From: Octopus bimaculoides
Taxonomy: Eukaryota
Assembly: GCF_001194135.2 (NCBI RefSeq)
Contig: NC_068982.1
Span: 62,472,931 to 62,509,951 of the forward strand
Length of the DNA: 37,021 nt
Reading direction: 5' to 3'
Shown: positions 32,363 through 37,021 of the stretch, piece by piece
Position numbering within the stretch: position 1 is the stretch's first letter
How the letters are laid out: every line of letters starts with the position of its first letter
Made by a program: the position numbers and the translations under genes
The notes under the pieces: model-generated
Seen by the model: the letters and a program-made list of their open reading frames with translations, nothing else
The model's database searches: none
Told to the model about the DNA's origin: nothing

Positions 32363-33456
32363 TATCTGCATCCATACACATATTTCTGAAAGAAGAAAAG
32401 TGAATACTTTGTAAGAAAAATGACCGCAAGCGAAGCCATAGTAGAAGTAAAGTACATGCGCATTGATGGGCAACAGCTTATAACCGGAAAAGCAAATAGA
32501 AAAGAGAAGGGAAGGAAAGATAAGAAAATAAAAGATAAAGTAACAAAATAAAAGAGGAAAAATACAGAAAACACAACAAATAAGATAAAGAGGGAGAAGT
32601 GAAGAAGAGAATTGCAATTATAATATTGATAAGTGCATCACATTCAACGCTAGTGGTAGTGAAGAAGCGATCGCTTTAGGATTTATAATAGTCTTAACTG
32701 GCAAGCTTGAGGTCCACAGAGAAAAGATCCAGTCACGCCTATGTAAACAGGGAGATATCAAAAGTAATTTAGTGGCCGTTCTAAAATAGGGGGCTGGCTT
32801 ATAGAATCATAAAAATCCACCGGCTTCCAGATGAGGAATCACCGCCGATAGTTCGGTGGGTGAGAGAGCTGGTAGTTATGTAGTGATAGTACTTCTTGCC
32901 AATACAGAGAGCAACTGAGCGTGAAATTTGCTACGTCAGTAAGCGGCCCATCAAGATGTCATAACACCGGCTGCTTGACAAATTCACTGCTCACTTTTAT
33001 CGGTAGGAACGAAATGAAATGGAAGCGGTGAGCTGGGACGGGCACGATGTGGCATGAGAAATGTATGGTGGTTTTCTTGGAGAAAAGAGAAAGGCGTTAC
33101 ATAGCTATTGTGCAGTCGTCGTGCAGTACGAAGCGTGAGTGTATGTATGTGTGTACGAGGGGGGAGACAGAGAGAAAGAGAGAAAGAGAATGATTGAAAG
33201 AGACTATAGAAGTAAGAGAGAGAGAGAAAGTAAGGGTGAGATGTGTGTAAACACTATATCTACTGGTGGGGTGGTGGTTTGGGGGTTTCTGTAGAAAAGG
33301 AAGAATACCTCATCTAAACTGCCTACTGTTGAATCATTGCAAATAATTGGAGAGAAGACTACAGAGTAAGAAGAAGAAATGAAAAAAAAGGAACAGAGTG
33401 GATAGAGATAGAAGAATGTAGTGAAAGACAGAGACAGAAAGCGAGATATACACACT

Positions 33457-33505
<49 letters not shown>

Positions 33506-33526
33506 TTGTCTGCCTGTTTGTCGGTC

Positions 33527-33856
33527 ACTTGCTTCAGTTGTGAGATTGCGGCCATGCTGGGGTACCACCTTGAAAGACTTTCGTCGAACGAATCGACCCC
33601 AGTGCTAATATTGTTTAAAACTTGATACTTATTCTAACAATATCTTAAACGCACCAGCACTGGTTCTCAAGCGGCGGTGGGGAAACACACCCACACACAC
33701 ACACACAAATACGCGGCGCACATGTATATATACGAAGGGCTTCTTTCAGTTTCCGTCTATAGAAGAAGACACATGCTCGAGGTGCTACGCAGAGGGTCTG
33801 AAACTGGAACGATGTAGGTCGGAAGCAAACTTCTTACCACACACCCACATCTGCGC
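33527..33856 (-). mobile_element. SINE family C, full bipartite copy with short internal TA/TG tract
   Basis: Head GCGCAGATGTGGGTGTGTGGTAAGAAGTTTGCTT..GACGGAAACTGAAAGAAGCCCTTCG, internal tract ~33685-33732, tail GGTGGTACCCCAGCATGGCCGCAATC..CTGAAGCAAGTG. Confidence 0.85.
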
Positions 33857-34049
33857 TTATATGTCTGTGTGTATGTGTGTGTACATATATGTGTGTCTAT
33901 TTGTGTGTGCATATATATATATATANNNNNNNNNNNNNNNNNNNNNNNNNNNNNNNNNNNNNNNNNNNNNNNNNNNNNNNNNNNNNNNNNNNNNNNNNNN
34001 NNNNNNNNNNNNNNNNNNNNNNNNNNNNNNNNNNNTTTTTTTTTTTTCC

Positions 34050-34516
34050 TAGTTAATTTCAGTTAATTTTTGTTTATTTTCAGATCATTAAAATGAAATG
34101 TTAAGTTAAGAAACACGAACATTTTCGACACCTCCTTCTTTTTGCTTTTAATCAGGGTTCTAAGGCCGCAAAAGCTGCTCGCGACATTTGTGCTCTGTAT
34201 GGAGAGAGTGCCTTGCTGAAAGAACTCTCCTGATTTGGCACCAATAGATTTCCACCTCTTTCGATCTCTTTCAAATACTATTCACGGAGTTTCGTTCAAT
34301 ACTGATGCAGAATTGAGAGCTTGGTTGGATCAATTTTTCGAGTTGAAATCGGGTGATTTCTACCAATGAGGTATTGAAAATCTTGTTGAACGTTGAGAAG
34401 AAGTTGTAAACAACAAGGGTGAATATATTGTTGATTAATTAGTTGTTATTTTTTATTAAACCTTTTAAAAAATTTAAATTTTAAAAAATGGTGGGAACTT
34501 AGTTGTCAACCCAATA
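34050..34516 (+). mobile_element. Internally deleted mariner (N-terminus fused to C-terminus, 3' TIR intact)
   Basis: ATG at 34093: MKC*VKKHEHFRHLLLFAFNQGSKAAKAARDICALYGESA, joined at ~34225 to SPDLAPIDFHLFRSL..FFELKSGDFYQ*GIENLVER*EEVVNNKGEYIVD* (stop 34436-34438). Ends AACTTAGTTGTCAACCCAA-TA. The 5' TIR is probably in the gap. Confidence 0.9.
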
Positions 34517-34860
34517 GAAAGAGCATTAATACTCATAAGAGATAATAATGTTAGTGACCGCAAGCTTAAAACCGTATAAGCAAAATTAACAGATATATAT
34601 ATTTATATATATGAGAATTACATAAAACAAGGGCACTATGAAGCCCCATCTTTGCTAAAAATAGGAGTAAAAAATACTCCGAAGCCACAAAAATTCACAC
34701 TAGATTTTCACAGGCATGGTTGGAAAAAACTAAGTGAATAAGGATTGCATCTTACCTACTCAACATTGCAAGAAGGAACGCCAGTTAATCTGGTATCATA
34801 ATTTCGAATTTAGCGTCAAAAGCACTTGATTATCTTCAGCCAAGTCAACTCGTAACAAAC

Positions 34861-34924
34861 CTATGTATCATTTCAACGAATGTCTGTGTTCGTTTCAGTG
34901 CCCAAGACGCATTGAGAAAACGAA
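34861..34924 (-). CDS. Candidate exon (64 nt): RFLNASWALKRTQTFVEMIH
   Basis: Acceptor TTTGATTCACTTAG|, moderate donor TAG|GTTTGT, phase 1 to 2, compatible with 21298-21362. A stronger donor TAG|GTAAGA at 34755 is also phase 2 if ATG 34766 is used. Confidence 0.25.
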
Positions 34925-34975
34925 CTAAGTGAATCAAATTTATAAATATATAAAGAACATTAATATTCATTTGAG

Positions 34976-35014
<39 letters not shown>

Positions 35015-35048
35015 AATGTATACACAGACTCACACTTACGCGCAAGCA

Positions 35049-35079
<31 letters not shown>

Positions 35080-35689
35080 GTATGTATGTTGTAAGTATAT
35101 ATGTATGCATGCATGTATGTATAGGTTTTCATATAAGGTAGACGCGTGTTAGCGTGAGTGTTCAAGCATTAGAAAGTGAAAGTGAGATGACATGAAAATA
35201 TTAATATAAATTAATACTGAAAGAGTAAAAACATGTAACTTTGTAAATAATAAACAAATGGGTGGGATGAGTATGTAAATATAAACACATATACACGGAT
35301 AAACACCTCATTGTGGAAGTCAACTTGTAACCGATTAAGAGCACTTTCCAAACTCAGTAGGTCTGTACAAACGTCCCGCGAGTTCAATAAGTTCTTGTGC
35401 ATAAATTTATTTTGAGTGGGTAAAGTGTTGCACAGCACTGAATCCACTTTTCGTTGCAATTAGCTATAAAACCAGGGGCGCAACAGAGGTTGAGAAGACA
35501 AGGAATTAACTGTACTACTGTTTCTTTTATCTTTCTTATACAAGTTTACGTTCTCCAAGAAGGAAGTTCTAGCGAGAACTAGGAGTCTTTCACTCTCAGT
35601 AGTTTGCACGCTAATAAATACACACGCGCGCTCGCCCACACACATACACGCCAAGAGAGTGAGGGGGAAGAGACAACAAAGATGACTGC

Positions 35690-35765
35690 ATAGACAGATA
35701 GATATCTAATAGATAGACAGATAGACAGACAGACAGATAGACAGATAGACAGATAGACAGATAAG
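35690..35765. repeat. (GATA/GACA)n microsatellite
   Basis: Seen directly. Confidence 0.95.
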
Positions 35766-36454
35766 ATAGGGAATGTAAAGGAAGCTTGTAATGTAGCATT
35801 GACCCTTTGCCTGTCGAATGTATCACATGTAATATGCAAGAAATATCTCCCTGGTGTCCATACATCATATATAATAAACATCCTCAAGTTTTTTCAACCA
35901 CTTGAGAATTTGAGACTTATGAAAGGAAAGCTTTATATTATAAAGAGCGTATGAAACAAGGGCTAATTAGAAGTCATGAAATAAGCATGGACTTATGAAA
36001 ATGCTTCGGACATGCATCGAAATTTAAAACCCATACTATTTGTATAGATTTAGAAATCACTATATGTCCATCACTTTCTATTAGGTGATACATCCAAGCT
36101 TTTTAGAAAAGTAGGTGTTATATTCATGCCTTTCCCAAAACAACAGGGAAATGAGTTGGTTTGGAAATCCTCGGGTACGTGGAGAGGTTTCAAAGAAAGA
36201 CCAAGACGTACGTATTTTCGTCGTACGTGTCCGGATGTTTGTGGACACACAAATGTTGATAAAAGAGATCTTTAGGAATTTTACTGCATGGTTAACCAAG
36301 ATATTTTATAATATTAATGCGTTAAGTATAATAGCAGCACTGTTAATAGCAACAGTGTAAACAATAACAGCAACAAAAAGAATTTTGCTGAGAGTTGCAA
36401 TGATCTCAATTATATGAATCATGTACGCCTGGTATTAATATTCTTAATATTGGG

Positions 36455-36785
36455 AAGCCTGCAACTGTCAGAATCGTCAGCACACAGGTCAAAATGGTTA
36501 GTAGCATTTCTTCCAACTCTATTTTCTGAGCTCAGATGTCGCCGCGGACGACTTTGCTTATTATTATCATAATTAGTATTGTTGTTGTTGCTGTTGTTAA
36601 GGCAACAAAATCGTTAGCATGCCGGAAAAAATGCTTGGTGGTATTTTGCCTGTCTTTACATTCTGAGCTCATATTCCGCTCAGGTTGACTTTGCCTGACA
36701 TCCTTTCGGTACTGGTGTCGATGTAATCGACTATCCCCGCCCACAAATTTCAGGCCTTGTGCCTATAGTAGAAAGGATTATTATC
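36455..36785 (+). mobile_element. Two SINE family A copies (5' fragment ~36455-36558, near-complete 36597-36785)
   Basis: CAGAATCGTCAGCAC..TTCTGAGCTCAGATGTCGCCGCGGACGACTTTGC, and AAAATCGTTAGCATGCCGG..TTTCAGGCCTTGTGCCTATAGTAGAAAGGATTATT. Confidence 0.8.
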
Positions 36786-37021
36786 AATATATATAAAAGA
36801 GAGGATGTGTGTGTGTGTGTGTGTATACGTGAATGTAGTTTATGCACGTCCACAAATTAGCACGCATGTCGCTCCAATTTTAGGAGAAGATTCGGAATAA
36901 CCCTATGTGCATTTTCGTCAACTTTCTCTCTCAGAGGTACCCGCGTATACCTGTAAAAATCGATTTTCAACCATAATTTTTACCAATTTAGAAGTTTGCG
37001 CCTGAAGGAGAGAGAGAGAAT

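Noticed and set aside
35288-35459. Minus ORF ..MHKNLLNSRDVCTDLLSLESALNRLQVDFHNE as a first exon
   Set aside because: Weak donor (GAG|GTGTTT), and phase 0 does not fit the next candidate exon.
624-35887. Many ORF-track entries rich in CV/YI/HT/MYV or X
   Set aside because: They are translations of microsatellites or N runs.

Overview
AT-rich, repeat-dense, mostly non-coding animal genomic DNA. The SINE families and the very high microsatellite density suggest an octopus or other coleoid cephalopod (inference). There are eight N-gaps, most flanked by microsatellites. No intact protein-coding ORF is visible, and most ORFs in the supplied track are microsatellite or N artefacts. The window is a record of decayed mobile DNA: a CR1/L2-type LINE 3' end, RTE fragments, two restriction-like-endonuclease (R4/Dong-like) retrotransposon relics, a near full-length decayed Penelope element, four mariner relics, MITE/foldback elements and more than 20 tRNA-derived SINE copies from at least three families (called A, B, C here). 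The most unusual object is at 10167-10667: a palindromic insertion with a 15-bp target-site duplication. Each arm carries a minimal hammerhead-ribozyme core, and one arm is fused to a tRNA-like Pol III head, which makes it a candidate hammerhead-SINE or retrozyme mobilised by Penelope machinery. Three other, unrelated hammerhead relics occur elsewhere. Three short phase-compatible minus-strand segments may be exons of a large-intron host gene (unidentified, low confidence). All alignments and translations were done by eye.
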